This document shows, one piece after another, positions 37,901-48,677 of a DNA stretch of 64,000 nt. The first letter of the stretch is position 1. Each line of letters starts with the position of its first letter. The DNA comes from Bacteroidia bacterium. GTDB lineage: Bacteria > Bacteroidota > Bacteroidia > J057. The stretch covers positions 21,074 through 85,073 of the forward strand of contig JAUIKF010000008.1 in the NCBI GenBank assembly GCA_030430575.1. Reading direction: 5' to 3'. Position numbers and translations under genes: made by a program. Below the pieces are notes generated by a model. The model was not told the origin of the DNA, ran no database searches, and was given only the letters and a program-made list of their open reading frames with translations.

Positions 37901-38187
37901 CCGTAAATGGGCAAGAAGCCATCGACCTATGTATGACTCACCACTTTGACATCGTATTGATGGATATGCAGATGCCAGTCATGGATGGTCTTGAAGCGAC
38001 TACACGTATTCTGGAGTTACTGGAATCGCCTCCAGCGATCATCGCCATTACGGCCAATGCGATGGAGCGGGAGCGAAAGCTCTGTTTAGAGACTGGGATG
38101 AGTGGTTTTCTGAGCAAGCCGTTCCGACAGGAGGAGTTACAAGAAATATTAGCTCAATTTCGGAAGGAACGTGTTGCGCAAAATTGA
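34966..38187 (+). CDS. Hybrid sensor histidine kinase/response regulator with N-terminal periplasmic propeller/Y_Y_Y region
   Basis: Signal peptide at '[10 protein letters not shown]'. TM at ~aa 640. HisKA H-box '[12 protein letters not shown]'. HATPase G-boxes 'DTGIGI…GGTGLGL'. Receiver domain '[11 protein letters not shown]…[14 protein letters not shown]'. Confidence 0.85.
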   Translation: MKCLVFLFCLTSLSVSAQPFWVTKYTPEHGLPSTQVYQSQTDSLGLLWVVTESGIARLEGSEFTPLNVPNLDFQQTHLRLHPSGKLILHSPSTTYEVISLPDSISWITVPFQAADPSFESVDFQKIQEKYGLAADFPPITFLLDEDSSAFVGTAGHGLYKLIHQKNGQWFTKELYRQNNVHDWAQFPFQHIHHIFRAPSGDLWLSSTEGLGLLKPRLFIKITGLPNYSANGLVQLENGEIYVSIGGLFHVKPQLKGWKVSKVHPLNEAAINTLAARGNKLWFANLNQEIFLKYEDQITPVINLSSRGETIFYLYADQGENLWISQTPAQKPIIGLAKIDSSGKFKEYGASEGFSKRILVTKEGPDGTIYCAGVGKSTYLYRLDKKTDTFINLSIPLPFSTNGDFEVHDLAISDKQEIWMATSKGLLRYFQGKVEEVLEDEKIIGEEIRGLVLGTDESIWFASIRGLGRYKDGQTVIYDETSGLSSNVLNYRALISDQKGGIWAGTNQGLSNSSQKIPALGYCPPPIIKAFRVNGASWPLAKMAHAKLPFESKIDIAFITPFFPTKGIQYQVRVNGDRLNQYQNLRDSATFHLNSLAEGEYKVEIRALPQGGVVWSSPQVIQFRVLPVWYKSTWAFGLYVILLVALVTIIQNRTQALRKASAKEREARALAEEARLIAEKSNQTKSEFLANMSHEIRTPMNGVIGMADLLANSQMDVEQKEYVKTIRKSGEDLLSIINDILDFSKIESGKMEIEQQAFDLSNCLEDVLNLFAHKAAVKPVKLTYSLGAHVPKQIIGDSIRLRQILINMVGNAFKFTEKGRINIQVFLKKDAIAALSKGKNFQLFFTVEDTGIGIPKEKQVSLFEAFSQVDASTTRRFGGTGLGLAISARLASLMNGTISVESEVGKGTAFTFSIQTKKTELATPGAEASIPLALIEREISGESPFAQRNPLDILIAEDNAVNQLVLLRMLERMGYTPQLAVNGQEAIDLCMTHHFDIVLMDMQMPVMDGLEATTRILELLESPPAIIAITANAMERERKLCLETGMSGFLSKPFRQEELQEILAQFRKERVAQN

Positions 38188-38538
38188 ATCAATTGGTATA
38201 AAAAAAAGTGGAATTTTCACCCCATCCGTCTTTGAGTAGTGCACTGATGTAATAAGTGCTATAGGTGATATTTAATACATGAAGCACTAAGTTCCTATCC
38301 GTTTTTGACACAGGGCCGAGATTCTCTTGACTCGGAACCCCTGCGTGCGATGGCGCAGGCAGCAGGCATTCCAACCTGATTTTTCCCTGAATGGATTTTG
38401 GGAGGATGTTTCCCTTAATCCTTGAAAATCCATGACTTATTCTTTGACCTCCCCTAAAAGGCTCAATGAGCCATAAAAAAACGGAACCCCACAAAAGGCC
38501 CCGTTTCAAAAAAACAAAGATGGAATTAGGTCTGAGGA

Positions 38539-39427
38539 CTAATTCTTGATGGGATTGGTTCTGGGCTGGACACGCATGGGCCTTCTAACAGGCCTGCGAA
38601 AGGTGTTGTTATTATTGCGGTAGGTGTTGCGAGAATTGCTGTAGGAACGGCCACAGCAATCACACCTATTGCAGCAATCATCTCCATCATCAAATAACCT
38701 AAAGGTAAGGCCCGCTTGGAAAGAGACGGCACTCATCGGTGCTGTGACTTGCTGGACGTTAACGATGTTCTCAGCATTGGTAGCAGTGGTGAGGTCGGCG
38801 AAGGTCGTATTGCTGCCTGTGAGGTAAGTCGCCCGCAGGTCGATGCTTATATTTCTGTGAAACCAGTATTGTACGCCCACTGCGCCCCCTACGGCCATGA
38901 CAAAGTCCTCCGCTATCGGATTGGAATCCTCTTCCTCATATCCGAGGAAGCTTCCGTTCAAATCAAAGTGCTCGGTACTAGAAAAGAACCGACCACTCAC
39001 GATACCGTCCGCGTAGATCCTGAAGCGCGCTTCAGGCGAGATGATCCGCGCTGTAGCAGATATGCCAAATACACTATTGGTGAGGCGGTATCTTGCCGTG
39101 GCCCCTACGGGTTCTAGCAATTCTAATGTGGTCCGATAGGCTCCATGATGGCTATAGTCCATCCTTCCGCCAAACTGGAAGTTGAACGGCAAAGATTTGC
39201 CGATGTCATTGGATTTCCAGCTCATGGAGAAGCCCCATCCTTCGTCGTAATTGGCAGCTGCCATCTGATCTAACGGTTTTTCATATTGCAGCATGATGCT
39301 CATATAGCCATACTGGGGCTTGATGGGATCATCAGCCGGCGTGGGCGGCTCTACAGGGGTCGAGCTCTGGGCGAAGGTGAATAATGTGGCTAGGGTTAAG
39401 GAGAGGAGTAAAGTGGTTGTTTTCATA
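38539..39427 (-). CDS. Outer-membrane beta-barrel protein with a Cys/Arg-rich C-terminal tail
   Basis: Signal peptide 'MKTTTLLLSLTLATLFTFAQS'. Beta-strand-rich body. The tail reads 'DDGDDCCNRCDCCGRSYSNSRNTYRNNNNTFRRPVRRPMRVQPRTNPIKN'. Confidence 0.6.
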
Positions 39428-39545
39428 GGTAGGTGAGTTTTCAATGATAGAATGAGTGAATGTTGAATGATAGAATGTTGAATGCTTATTTTCAATTCTT
39501 AATTCTCCACTTTTAATTTTCAATTTTTCATTTACTCCTCAAATA
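39428..39545 (-). promoter_or_regulatory. 5' leader with 'TCATTCTATCATT / GAATG' repeat motif
   Basis: 'caatgatagaatgagtgaatgttgaatgatagaatgttgaatg' on the + strand equals 'cattctatcattcaacattcactcattctatcattg' on the gene strand. The same motif appears at 1404–1522. Confidence 0.4.
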
Positions 39546-39647
39546 TCATCGAATACTCGGTCATCCACAACGGATAATGTTTAAGCGTGTGGGACGGATG
39601 TACAGGTGTGAATTGTAAAAGCAATCCTTTAGGTTCATCTTTGTTAG

Positions 39648-41303
39648 ATGAAACGGCTTACCCCCTGGCTGATCAGCCTGGCACTGCTGACGCCCGTCAT
39701 CCTCCTCTACCTCGCCCACTTCTCTGTGGGCGGCGAACTGCAGCCAACCGGCTTCATCCAAAGCGACATGCCCTCCTATATGGCAGCGGCCAGGGAATAC
39801 CACGATCAGGAAGCATTCTCCCTCCTTTACCCAAGCCCGTTTTCCGATCAGGCCGATGCCCAACCTATCTACTTCCAGTTGCATATCTTCTTGCTAGCAG
39901 GGCTACAAGGATTATTGGGCCTGCCACCGGGTTGGACCTTCTGCCTGTTTGGGCTGCTGGCAGGGCTGGTGTGCATGCGGGTCGTGGTGGCGTTATGGGA
40001 GGATTGGATGCTAGTGAAAAATCCGCGTTTTAAGTGGCTCACATTGTGGGCCTTCGCTTGGGGTGGCGGATTGCTGGCGATTACAGGCATCGTCTATTTC
40101 GGCGTTAAAACAGGGGATTGGGTGGAATGGCTGGATCATTCGGTGAAGTTTGACCCGTTTGACGGATGGTGGTTTCTTAATCTGGGCCGTAACCTGATCT
40201 ATCCTACCGAAGCGTTTTATCACGCTTTGTTTCTGGGAGCGGCGTGGGCTGTCCTGAAGCGGAGGTTGTTGTTGGCTTTTGGTTGTGCGGTGATGCTTTC
40301 GCTTTCGCATCCCTTTACGGGCATTCAGTTGTTGCTGGTTTTAAGCGCGTGGGTGGGGATGGAAGTTTTAGGTTCTAAGTTTTTTACGTTTGGGTATCTT
40401 AACGTCACGAAATTTCTTCATTCAGAGAGACCCCGTAGGTTTTGGAAACCTACGGGGTCTTCGAAGCCTTTACTTTGGTTTGCGATAGGGGTTTTGGGGC
40501 TAATGGGGCTGCATTTGGGCTATTACTTGTGGTGGTTGCCACTGGATGAGGGGCATCGGGCGGTGGCGGAGCAGTGGGCGTTGGCGTGGACGTACCAGGC
40601 CCATAATTACTTGCCAGCGTATGCGCTGGTGTTGGGGCTTGTAGGGTGGCAGGTGCAGCGCTGGGCATTGGTACGTGACCTACTGTCCCAACCGTTTGCA
40701 CGGTTTTGCCTCATCTGGGCGGGGATCAGCTTTTTGCTGGCCAATCATGAGTGGTTTATCACGCCCCACCAGCCGCTGCATTTCACGCGTGGCTATGTCT
40801 GGACGCCGCTGTTCTTGTTGGGGGCGCCTACGATTGCTTCTTGGGCAGGGCGCCTCAAAGAGGCCCTTCCTTCACCGCTGGCCTTAGCCATGGTCATAGG
40901 CCTGGGCCTTACCTTGCTCTTTGACAATACCTGCTGGTTTCTCTGGCAAGGGCAACAACAAGCAGCCGGAAAAGGGCAGACCGTTTGTCTCAAGACAGAT
41001 CAAGCAGAAGTCCTGGATTTTTTAGCCCAAACGCCACATACGGATCATCTGCTTATGACTGAGGACCGTTTGATTGGTTATCTCACGGTTGTCTATACGC
41101 CGCTACAGTCATGGTATTCACATTGGGCGAGCACACCGAATGCGAAGGAAAAACAATTGAAAATGGAAAATGGAGAATGGAAAATGGAGAATGAAAGAGG
41201 CGTGTTTTGGGTGGGAAGGCGAGATGGGAAAGTGCCAGTTGATGATGGAGAGGTAGTTTTTGAAAATGGGACGTATCGTATTTGGCGGATTTGGGGTGAA
41301 TGA
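39648..41303 (+). CDS. Polytopic integral membrane protein (551 aa)
   Basis: At least 12 hydrophobic segments. The C-terminus 'KMENGEWKMENERG' is encoded by a 'gaaaatggagaatg' tandem repeat. Confidence 0.55.
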   Translation: MKRLTPWLISLALLTPVILLYLAHFSVGGELQPTGFIQSDMPSYMAAAREYHDQEAFSLLYPSPFSDQADAQPIYFQLHIFLLAGLQGLLGLPPGWTFCLFGLLAGLVCMRVVVALWEDWMLVKNPRFKWLTLWAFAWGGGLLAITGIVYFGVKTGDWVEWLDHSVKFDPFDGWWFLNLGRNLIYPTEAFYHALFLGAAWAVLKRRLLLAFGCAVMLSLSHPFTGIQLLLVLSAWVGMEVLGSKFFTFGYLNVTKFLHSERPRRFWKPTGSSKPLLWFAIGVLGLMGLHLGYYLWWLPLDEGHRAVAEQWALAWTYQAHNYLPAYALVLGLVGWQVQRWALVRDLLSQPFARFCLIWAGISFLLANHEWFITPHQPLHFTRGYVWTPLFLLGAPTIASWAGRLKEALPSPLALAMVIGLGLTLLFDNTCWFLWQGQQQAAGKGQTVCLKTDQAEVLDFLAQTPHTDHLLMTEDRLIGYLTVVYTPLQSWYSHWASTPNAKEKQLKMENGEWKMENERGVFWVGRRDGKVPVDDGEVVFENGTYRIWRIWGE

Positions 41304-41307
41304 ATTA

Positions 41308-41345
41308 CTATTGCGACGGGTTTAAACCCGTCGCAATAGTGAAAA
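41308..41345. terminator. Perfect 28-bp palindrome 'ATTGCGACGGGTTTAAACCCGTCGCAAT', a bidirectional terminator between convergent genes
   Basis: Perfect inverted repeat located between the stop at 41303 (+) and the stop at 41438 (−). Confidence 0.6.
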
Positions 41346-41437
41346 TTAGGCACAAAAAAGGCGACCCACTGGGCCGCCTTTCCAAATTATCACCTGATCA
41401 TCAATCAATAATTTATCAATCAATCATCAATAATTCC

Positions 41438-44400
41438 TTAGTTGAACAAGTAACGGATACCGATCTGTCCTTGCCAGCGTGAGCTGAGGAGACCTGCGTC
41501 GTCGATGGCTAGGCGTGCCTTAGACTCGATTTCGCCAGCGGCATTGGTCACAGAAGACTTGTCAAAAGAGAAAGTAGGCGTGAGCGGTCCTTCGCCGCGA
41601 TCTTCGAATCCTTCGAAGGTGATCAACTGTATGCCGTTGAAGCTAGAGCGGTAGCGACGTCCCCAGTCTTTGTTGAGCAGGTTGGTGAAGTTGAAGATGT
41701 CAAGTGACAACTGGAACTTGTGCTCATTGACAGAGAAGTCAACCAGGAAGCGCATGTCTACAATGTGTAGGGCAGGCGTACGGGCACCGTTGCGCTCGGC
41801 GTACTTGCCACGACGTGTGCTGAGATAATTGTCTTGCTCGATGAAGGCGTTGAAGTCCTCCCACTGCTGCTGCTGCTCAGCTTCAGTGCCTACAAAGTTG
41901 ATTTCATCCTGACGAGCAGGTACGTAGATGAGGTCAGTATAGTCGCGCGAGTCCTGGTTACTCAATGCATCTGCACGGCCACCTGCATAGACATAGGAGA
42001 ATACCTCGCCAGACTGGCCATTGTAGAAGAGGGAAAGGGTCGCGCCTGCATTGTCGCCAAACTTGATCCTGTAAGCGGCATTGGCAACGACACGGTGGCC
42101 AGCACTGAAGTCAGAACGTGTGACAGGCAGGTCGTTTTTACTACCTGCTACTTCCATATTTCTCCACTGAGAAGAGTTCTGAGAAGAGGTCAGGTCATTG
42201 AGTGATTCCGAATAGCCAAAGTTATACGCTACGCCAAACGTAAGGCCATTGTCAAATGGCTTCGTAAGCGAAGCGGTAAAGTTCGCTGCATAGCCTTTGT
42301 TGGTGTTCAGGCCTAGTAGAATACGGCTATATGTACCATCAATCACGTCACGGTCGTCAAAATACAAGCGGTTATCGGCACCATCCAGGCGGTCGATATG
42401 TGGCTTGAGGTTAACGTTTTTGTAGAAAACAGAGTTGAGGGTTTTGGTAAAGATACCTTCGATGGTACCAATCATTTTCCAAGGAAGCTTCTGGTCTATC
42501 GCTAAACTGGCACGGAATACCCTTGGGAATTTGAGGTCTTCGGCAAAGAGGTCCATCTGACCTGAAGGGATATCGTTGGTCTGACCAAAGTCGGTAGCAG
42601 TAGGCTGCTTGGTTACGTCTGGCTCAAAAGTAATATCGGGATCGCGTACAAATACACCACCTACTTTCAGGCCATTATTCGCAAAGGAACCACCGGCCCA
42701 TACAAGTGGCAGACGGCTGGTGAAGAGACCCAATCCACCACGGAGTTTGGTTTTCCCTTGACCATATACATCATAGTTGAAGCCCAAACGAGGGGCCAAC
42801 ATGATCTGCGGGCTAGGCATCTGGCCTGCACGTGCGCCTTGAAGATCGTGGTACACTTGAATTTTATCTATCGTAGAATCATTGAAATAAGTATCTACAC
42901 CAGGGTTGTCTGAGAAGATAGGAATGTCTACTCTCAGGCCACCCGTAAGGGAGAAATCAGGGGTCACCTGCCATTCGTCTTGTAGGTAAAAGCCCAACTG
43001 CATAGCGTTAAATTCAGCAGCACCTTGGGTAATGTCATCTCCTACAGCGTTTTCTACGGTTCCTTCTGGTGTCAAAGCATAAGAGCGGGCAAATTGAGAA
43101 GGACGCATATCCATCATGAATTGGCTAAGCGAGTCATAGGTATAGCTGCCGTAGTTCTGGCGGACAAAGAGGTTAAATACACTGTAAAACTCATTGTGTG
43201 TACCAATGGTGATGTTGTGGTTGCCCGCGTAGATATTGAAGTTGTCAGTAATGGTGAAAATATTCTGGTCCAGTTTGTTGGCAGTAGAAAACTCTTCAGA
43301 ACCAACAGTGATGGTACCTAAATTATCATTGATAGTGATTCTTGGGAACGGATCACCCAATGGGTCACGGTCATCCACTACAGTGGTATAGCCCACAATC
43401 AACTTATTGGCTGTTTTTGCCCCCAATACACTATTCAATTCAAGCGCAGTAGAGTTGGTAGTGGAAGGGAAAAATTCGTAGGTATTGCTAAAGTTGATTT
43501 CATCATTGACAGAAGCATTGGTCTTCTCTGCACGCCCTTTCGAGTAGCTGTGACGAAGGGTCAGGTTGTGTCTATCACTCAGGTTAAAGTCCAATTTAGC
43601 CAAAAACTTCTCTGCATCTACGGTACGTGGGTTGTCGAGGTAAGTACCTGGATCATATCCATAACCATTGAGTTTGGTAATCAACGCATCGATGTCTTGC
43701 TGAGAGGCATCACCTAAATAATCATCGTCAAAGTTGTTGAAATTAAACGGCTGAGGCGTATTGCGACGCTCAATCTCGGCATTCACAAAGAAGAAGATTT
43801 TGTCCTTCTTGATGGCTCCTCCTACGCGGAATCCCGCAATAGAAGAATTGAAGTCAGCAAGTTTTAGCCGCTCTTCGTCTGGATCATCAGTGGGCGTCTT
43901 GCCTGCGAGACCTTGGTTCCGGTAGAGACCATACACAGAAGCCTGTGTGGTATTCGAACCGCTCCGTGTCACAGCATTGACCCCAGCACCGCTGAAACCA
44001 CCGATGGTGACGTCATAAGGTGCTACCACAATGTTGAACTGCTCGATGGCATCTACACTGATAGGCGAGATACCTGCCTGACCGCCATTGGTTCCTTGGT
44101 CAGTCAAACCAAATACGTCATTACTGATCGCTCCGTCGATGAAGACAGAGTTGAAGCGGTTGTTCTGGCCAGCTACAGAGAATCCTTGCTCGCCATCACC
44201 ATCTTCAGTAAGCGTCGCTTGAGGCGTAGAACGGAGGAAGTCCGTCAAGTCACGAGAGACGGTAGGGAGACGCTGAATCTGCGCTTCACCGATCACTGTT
44301 TCTGCACCTGTCTTATCACCTCCGAGCGCAGTCAGTTCAGCGGAAATCACTACTTCATCAGTAGTCATTCCCTCTTCAGCCATCGAAAAGTTGACCTTTT

Positions 44401-44722
44401 GATTTTGGCCGAGGTTCAAATAAAGCCCTTCAATTTTACCTTCACCATACCCTACATAAGAAGAGGTAATGGTATAAGGTCCTCCTACACGAACGTTGGG
44501 AAGGTTGTACTTACCTCCTTCACGGGTGAGGACACCGTACTTGGTGCTCGTAGGTTGGTGGATAGCCACGACTGTAGCACCTTCAAGCGGCGTACCATCC
44601 TGACTCATCACCGTTCCATGAATAGAAGCGGTCGTCACGCCCTGTCCCAGGGCGGAAGTAGCCAGGCAGCACATCATTGCTACCAAAGCTGTGGTAATGA
44701 AGTGTAACAAGTTGATCTTCAT
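41438..44722 (-). CDS. TonB-dependent receptor (1094 aa)
   Basis: Signal peptide, carboxypeptidase-regulatory-like N-domain, plug and a large barrel. Confidence 0.8.
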   Translation of the reverse strand: MKINLLHFITTALVAMMCCLATSALGQGVTTASIHGTVMSQDGTPLEGATVVAIHQPTSTKYGVLTREGGKYNLPNVRVGGPYTITSSYVGYGEGKIEGLYLNLGQNQKVNFSMAEEGMTTDEVVISAELTALGGDKTGAETVIGEAQIQRLPTVSRDLTDFLRSTPQATLTEDGDGEQGFSVAGQNNRFNSVFIDGAISNDVFGLTDQGTNGGQAGISPISVDAIEQFNIVVAPYDVTIGGFSGAGVNAVTRSGSNTTQASVYGLYRNQGLAGKTPTDDPDEERLKLADFNSSIAGFRVGGAIKKDKIFFFVNAEIERRNTPQPFNFNNFDDDYLGDASQQDIDALITKLNGYGYDPGTYLDNPRTVDAEKFLAKLDFNLSDRHNLTLRHSYSKGRAEKTNASVNDEINFSNTYEFFPSTTNSTALELNSVLGAKTANKLIVGYTTVVDDRDPLGDPFPRITINDNLGTITVGSEEFSTANKLDQNIFTITDNFNIYAGNHNITIGTHNEFYSVFNLFVRQNYGSYTYDSLSQFMMDMRPSQFARSYALTPEGTVENAVGDDITQGAAEFNAMQLGFYLQDEWQVTPDFSLTGGLRVDIPIFSDNPGVDTYFNDSTIDKIQVYHDLQGARAGQMPSPQIMLAPRLGFNYDVYGQGKTKLRGGLGLFTSRLPLVWAGGSFANNGLKVGGVFVRDPDITFEPDVTKQPTATDFGQTNDIPSGQMDLFAEDLKFPRVFRASLAIDQKLPWKMIGTIEGIFTKTLNSVFYKNVNLKPHIDRLDGADNRLYFDDRDVIDGTYSRILLGLNTNKGYAANFTASLTKPFDNGLTFGVAYNFGYSESLNDLTSSQNSSQWRNMEVAGSKNDLPVTRSDFSAGHRVVANAAYRIKFGDNAGATLSLFYNGQSGEVFSYVYAGGRADALSNQDSRDYTDLIYVPARQDEINFVGTEAEQQQQWEDFNAFIEQDNYLSTRRGKYAERNGARTPALHIVDMRFLVDFSVNEHKFQLSLDIFNFTNLLNKDWGRRYRSSFNGIQLITFEGFEDRGEGPLTPTFSFDKSSVTNAAGEIESKARLAIDDAGLLSSRWQGQIGIRYLFN

Positions 44723-44924
44723 AAAAAAATAATTGGGTTGAAAATAGTTGTGGAATTACTAACTGCGTGATAATAGATTATTGATAATAGAACGATTTGC
44801 AAAGCACTTTCTCAACTATCATTTGATTAATGTTGAGTTTAACAAAAAAAGAGCACCCAATCAATAATTCCATTCTCAAGGGCAAAATTACTCAAACTAT
44901 GTTAACTCAGGGTTATTTTTTTGA

Positions 44925-45135
44925 AATAGACCGCTCGGGCTTCGCGGACTCAGCCCTCGCTGCGAGACCGGTCGTCGCGGAGCTCCTCCCTGCGAGATCG
45001 TTCGGCCTAAAGGCCTCACTGCGAGACCGCTCGGCTCGATGACTCGCCTCGCTGTGAGACTAAAGGCAGGATTATGTGTTTAAGATATAGTGTTTTAGTC
45101 TCGCAGCGAGTCTTCGAGCCTGAGCGGTCCCATTC
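44925..45135. repeat. Family-A palindromic repeat element
   Basis: 'tagaccgctcgggcttcgcggactcagccctcgctgcgagacc…cactgcgagaccgctcggctcgatgactc…tctcgcagcgagtcttcgagcctgagcggtccc'. Confidence 0.8.
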
Positions 45136-45244
45136 TCACTTTATTAGCCACAAAACCAAAAAAAGTAGTATTTTTTACTAAAAAGTTTGCCATAAACCAA
45201 AAATGTTAGTATTATTGAAGTGTCAATCAAAAACGACACGCATT

Positions 45245-45898
45245 ATGTTAGCCAGCTATACTTTCAATCAATATCCTCATACCCCCAATGCTTTTGATAT
45301 TGGATTGCCTAACCTTCGGCTATTAGAAGGAGAGACCATTGAGGCTGAAGGGTATGCACCCGTTCTACTGATGGAGCAGCACCAGATCCGCTTGCGGTAT
45401 TTCCAATGGGGCTTTATCCCTTCATGGTCCAGAGATACTCGGATGGGTAAAAATCGCTGTACTGCAACAGCTAACAATATCTTTCAACGACCTTCTTTTC
45501 AGGACGCCATCCGCTATAGGAGGTGCCTGATCCCGGCCGACAGCTTTCACCTAACGCGAGACATTTTATTGGGCAGCACTACGTATCAGTTCAGCCTTCC
45601 ACAAGAGGACATGTTCTGTTTTGCAGGCATCTATGATAGTTGGCAGTCTCCCAATGGAGAGATGGTCAATAGCTTTGCCATCATCACAACAGAAGCACCT
45701 CACGCCCTCTCACAGATGAATCGCCATATGCCCCTGATCTTGCCACGCCAGCAAGAGAAGGCTTGGCTCAACCCCAATACCAATCTCAACCATATTGCAC
45801 GACTGCTGCAGCAACCAACCAAAGCCCATCAACTCAAAATAGAAACCCTCAGTACGGAATACAATGGAGAAGAAATGATCAGAGAATGGGCAGCGTAA
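45245..45898 (+). CDS. SRAP (SOS-response-associated peptidase / DUF159 / YedK-like) homologue lacking the N-terminal catalytic Cys
   Basis: Motifs 'FQWGFIPSWSRD', 'RRCLIPADSF', 'NRHMPLILPRQQEKAWLNP'. The candidate start reads 'MLASYTF…', with Leu where canonical SRAP has Cys2. Confidence 0.65.
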   Translation: MLASYTFNQYPHTPNAFDIGLPNLRLLEGETIEAEGYAPVLLMEQHQIRLRYFQWGFIPSWSRDTRMGKNRCTATANNIFQRPSFQDAIRYRRCLIPADSFHLTRDILLGSTTYQFSLPQEDMFCFAGIYDSWQSPNGEMVNSFAIITTEAPHALSQMNRHMPLILPRQQEKAWLNPNTNLNHIARLLQQPTKAHQLKIETLSTEYNGEEMIREWAA

Positions 45899-45954
45899 AG
45901 AAAGAGTGAGGTTGAGTCCTTCGGCAAGGCTCAGGACAAGTGTGAGAGTGGAAA

Positions 45955-46195
45955 AATCTTAGTCTCGTAGCAAGGTCCGTCTTCGGACCGAGCGATCTCG
46001 CAGGGAGCCTGAAAGGCGAGCGGTCCCGCAGTGAAGCGAGTCTTCGAGCCGAACGATCTCGCAGCGAGCCTGAAAGGCGAGCAGTCCCGCAGTGAGGCGA
46101 GTCTTCGAGCCGAACGATCTCGCAGCGAGCCTGAAAGGCGAGCGGTCCCGCAGTGAGACGAGTCTTCGAGCCGAACGATCTCTATAAGAATTTTT
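45955..46195. repeat. Family-A-derived tandem array (~61-bp unit × 3)
   Basis: The unit 'gcgagtcttcgagccgaacgatctcgcagcgagcctgaaaggcgagcggtcccgcagtgag' is repeated three times. Confidence 0.85.
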
Positions 46196-46302
46196 GAATT
46201 TGGAGGAAGCCTTATGAGCCTACACCCAAGGGGTGGTCGGGCTCGTAGGGTACTTTTTGGTCCATCGAGACATTCAGTGGAATAATCACCTTCCCCAAAT
46301 AA

Positions 46303-46385
46303 TTCACCACGGATTACGCAGATTTACACGGATTCAAAAAGAATATCTGTGGGAATCTGTGTAATCTGTGGTTTTTTCTTCTTTC
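46303..46385. repeat. Family-B hairpin element
   Basis: 'attcaccacggattacgcagatttacacggatt…atctgtgggaatctgtgtaatctgtggtt' is ~80% identical to 32567–32645. Confidence 0.7.
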
Positions 46386-46640
46386 CTCCACTAAAACCAT
46401 ATGTTTCCTCCACTAAAACCATATGTGAACTCGAAAAATAGATTCGCATACACACGCTAATCAGAAAAAATATGTTTATTTCCGCCATCTATTAAGGAAG
46501 ATTCAAAAATAAATGGAACCATTAAGATAATCAGATTACCCATCGATAGGACTTCGGCGTGAGCGAATGCTTAGGGCAAATTTTGGTTTTAATTTTTATT
46601 TTCATTTTGATTCTTCCCTATTCCTCTCACTATTTCTTGA

Positions 46641-48056
46641 TTGCGGCAAATGAAAAACACCTATTTTGACCTGATTGATCAGACCTATTACTTTCCTCAA
46701 GATGGATTTGACCTCCAAGATGGTTACCTCACTTTCCATGGAATATCCCTCAAATATTTGATTGAAAAGTATGGGACTCCCTTTAAACTGATATACCTCC
46801 CTAGAATATCAGACCAGATCAAAAAAGCCAAAAACCTTTTCAACCGGGCTATCAAAAAGCACGGGTATCAAGGCAATTATTACTACTGCTATTGTACCAA
46901 ATGCTGCCACTTTTCCCATGTCGTGAAGACAGCCCTCAAGGAAGAAGTAAACCTCGAAACGTCCTCGTCTTTTGATATTGACCTCATTTGGAAACTTTTT
47001 GAAGAAGGTTATGTAACCAAGGATAAAATCATTCTCCACAATGGCTACAAAACCAAAAGCTACCTGGAAAAGATCATGCACCTAGTAGAGGCTGGATTTA
47101 GTAATTCCGTTATTATTCTGGATTCAAAATCGGAATTGGAGGAGATAGGCGCCTACGCCAAAAAATTGGGCAAGAAGATCAGTATAGGCATCCGCACAGC
47201 TACCAATGAAGAGCCGCAATCGGCTTATTACACGTCCCGCCTAGGGATTCGAAGCAGTGAAATCCTGGATTTCTACCAAAATGAAATCAAAGATAATCCA
47301 TTCGTTAGCCTCAAAATGTTCCATTTTTTTGTGGATGCAGGCATCAAGGATACCATGTATTACTGGGGAGAGTTTCAGAAAGCGATCAAGCTATTTGTCC
47401 AACTAAAAAAGGTATGTCCTTCCCTCAAATCAGTGAATCTGGGGGGTGGATTTCCCGTTCGGAATAACCTTAATTTTACCTATGACTATGAGTATATGAT
47501 CAACGAAGTGGTGGGCAATCTCAAGCAGATATGTATAGATGAGGGGATAGATGAACCAGATATTTTCACAGAATTTGGGAAGTATACCGTAGGAGAAAGC
47601 GGCGCTATCATTTTTTCTGTCTTGGAACAAAAACAGCAAAATGATACGGAATTATGGTATATGGTGGACAATAGTCTTATGAATACCATTCCAGATGCCT
47701 GGTCTATGGATGAGAAATTCATTTTGCTACCTGTCAATAAATGGAAGAATGAATACGCCCATGTGAGCATTGGCGGCATCAGTTGTGACAGATCAGATTA
47801 TTATAATTCTGAGGACATGAATCAACAAGTGATGCTTCCTCGATTTAGCAAGGAGGAAGCAGAACCGTTGTATGTGGGATTCTTCCACACAGGCGCCTAT
47901 CAAGACTCTATCAGTGGATATGGGGGAATTAAACATTGCCTTATTCCCGCCCCCAAGCATATCATCATCGATCGCGATGGAAAAGGCAACTTTGTCGATG
48001 CCGTCTATCGACATGAGCAGACAGCGGAAGAGATGTTCCAGATATTGGGATATTGA
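46641..48056 (+). CDS. Type-III PLP-dependent decarboxylase (Orn/DAP/Arg decarboxylase family), AT-rich
   Basis: 'YGTPF', the PLP-Lys region 'YCTKCC', 'NLETSSSFD', 'IGGISCDRSD' and 'HTGAYQ' motifs are present. Confidence 0.7.
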   Translation: MRQMKNTYFDLIDQTYYFPQDGFDLQDGYLTFHGISLKYLIEKYGTPFKLIYLPRISDQIKKAKNLFNRAIKKHGYQGNYYYCYCTKCCHFSHVVKTALKEEVNLETSSSFDIDLIWKLFEEGYVTKDKIILHNGYKTKSYLEKIMHLVEAGFSNSVIILDSKSELEEIGAYAKKLGKKISIGIRTATNEEPQSAYYTSRLGIRSSEILDFYQNEIKDNPFVSLKMFHFFVDAGIKDTMYYWGEFQKAIKLFVQLKKVCPSLKSVNLGGGFPVRNNLNFTYDYEYMINEVVGNLKQICIDEGIDEPDIFTEFGKYTVGESGAIIFSVLEQKQQNDTELWYMVDNSLMNTIPDAWSMDEKFILLPVNKWKNEYAHVSIGGISCDRSDYYNSEDMNQQVMLPRFSKEEAEPLYVGFFHTGAYQDSISGYGGIKHCLIPAPKHIIIDRDGKGNFVDAVYRHEQTAEEMFQILGY

Positions 48057-48080
48057 GCTATGTTACCATTCGCAGATGTC

Positions 48081-48677
48081 CTATAAAGGACCCATTGAGA
48101 AAAGCACAACAATCTCCAAAACTCCTTGTCCTGCTTCTACTTTTTCAACCGTCATCGTTTCTGGGATTTCATCTGATGGCAAGGCTATTGCTGTCCCTAA
48201 AGAAGACGAAGTCTCATTCGTCAAAAGTGACTCTATGGCCTGAAGACCAGCCTGAATATTTATGGGAGAGATATTGGCATCTCCAATCATGCCCAAATAG
48301 TCCAATGTCAAAGCATAGGCATCTTGAGATGATGGATTTGACATGTCGTCTGCATGAGATATCTGAAAAGTATATTCCTGGACAAAATAAGAACAGCCTC
48401 GATGTTCGATCACGAGCGATACATCAGGTGCTACTTGTACGGTTTCGATGGCTATGCTATCTTTTAGCTCAAAATCACTATTTGAAAATGTCGCAGGATC
48501 CAAAGAGCGTCTAGGTACAGCCCGCGGACATTCATTAAAGTAGGCTGATTCCTCCGTTACTTGCGCTACCTCAGGCGGGGATTGATCAGCATCGGTTTCC
48601 TGAGCAGGTGATCCACACCCCAAAAATATCCCGGTTCCTATCAATACCCCTACCAACAAAAGGATTTGCTTATTCAT
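48081..48677 (-). CDS. Lipoprotein (198 aa)
   Basis: Lipobox 'IFLGCGS'. Directly abuts the upstream cyclase gene (stop-to-start adjacency). Confidence 0.55.
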   Translation of the reverse strand: MNKQILLLVGVLIGTGIFLGCGSPAQETDADQSPPEVAQVTEESAYFNECPRAVPRRSLDPATFSNSDFELKDSIAIETVQVAPDVSLVIEHRGCSYFVQEYTFQISHADDMSNPSSQDAYALTLDYLGMIGDANISPINIQAGLQAIESLLTNETSSSLGTAIALPSDEIPETMTVEKVEAGQGVLEIVVLFSMGPL

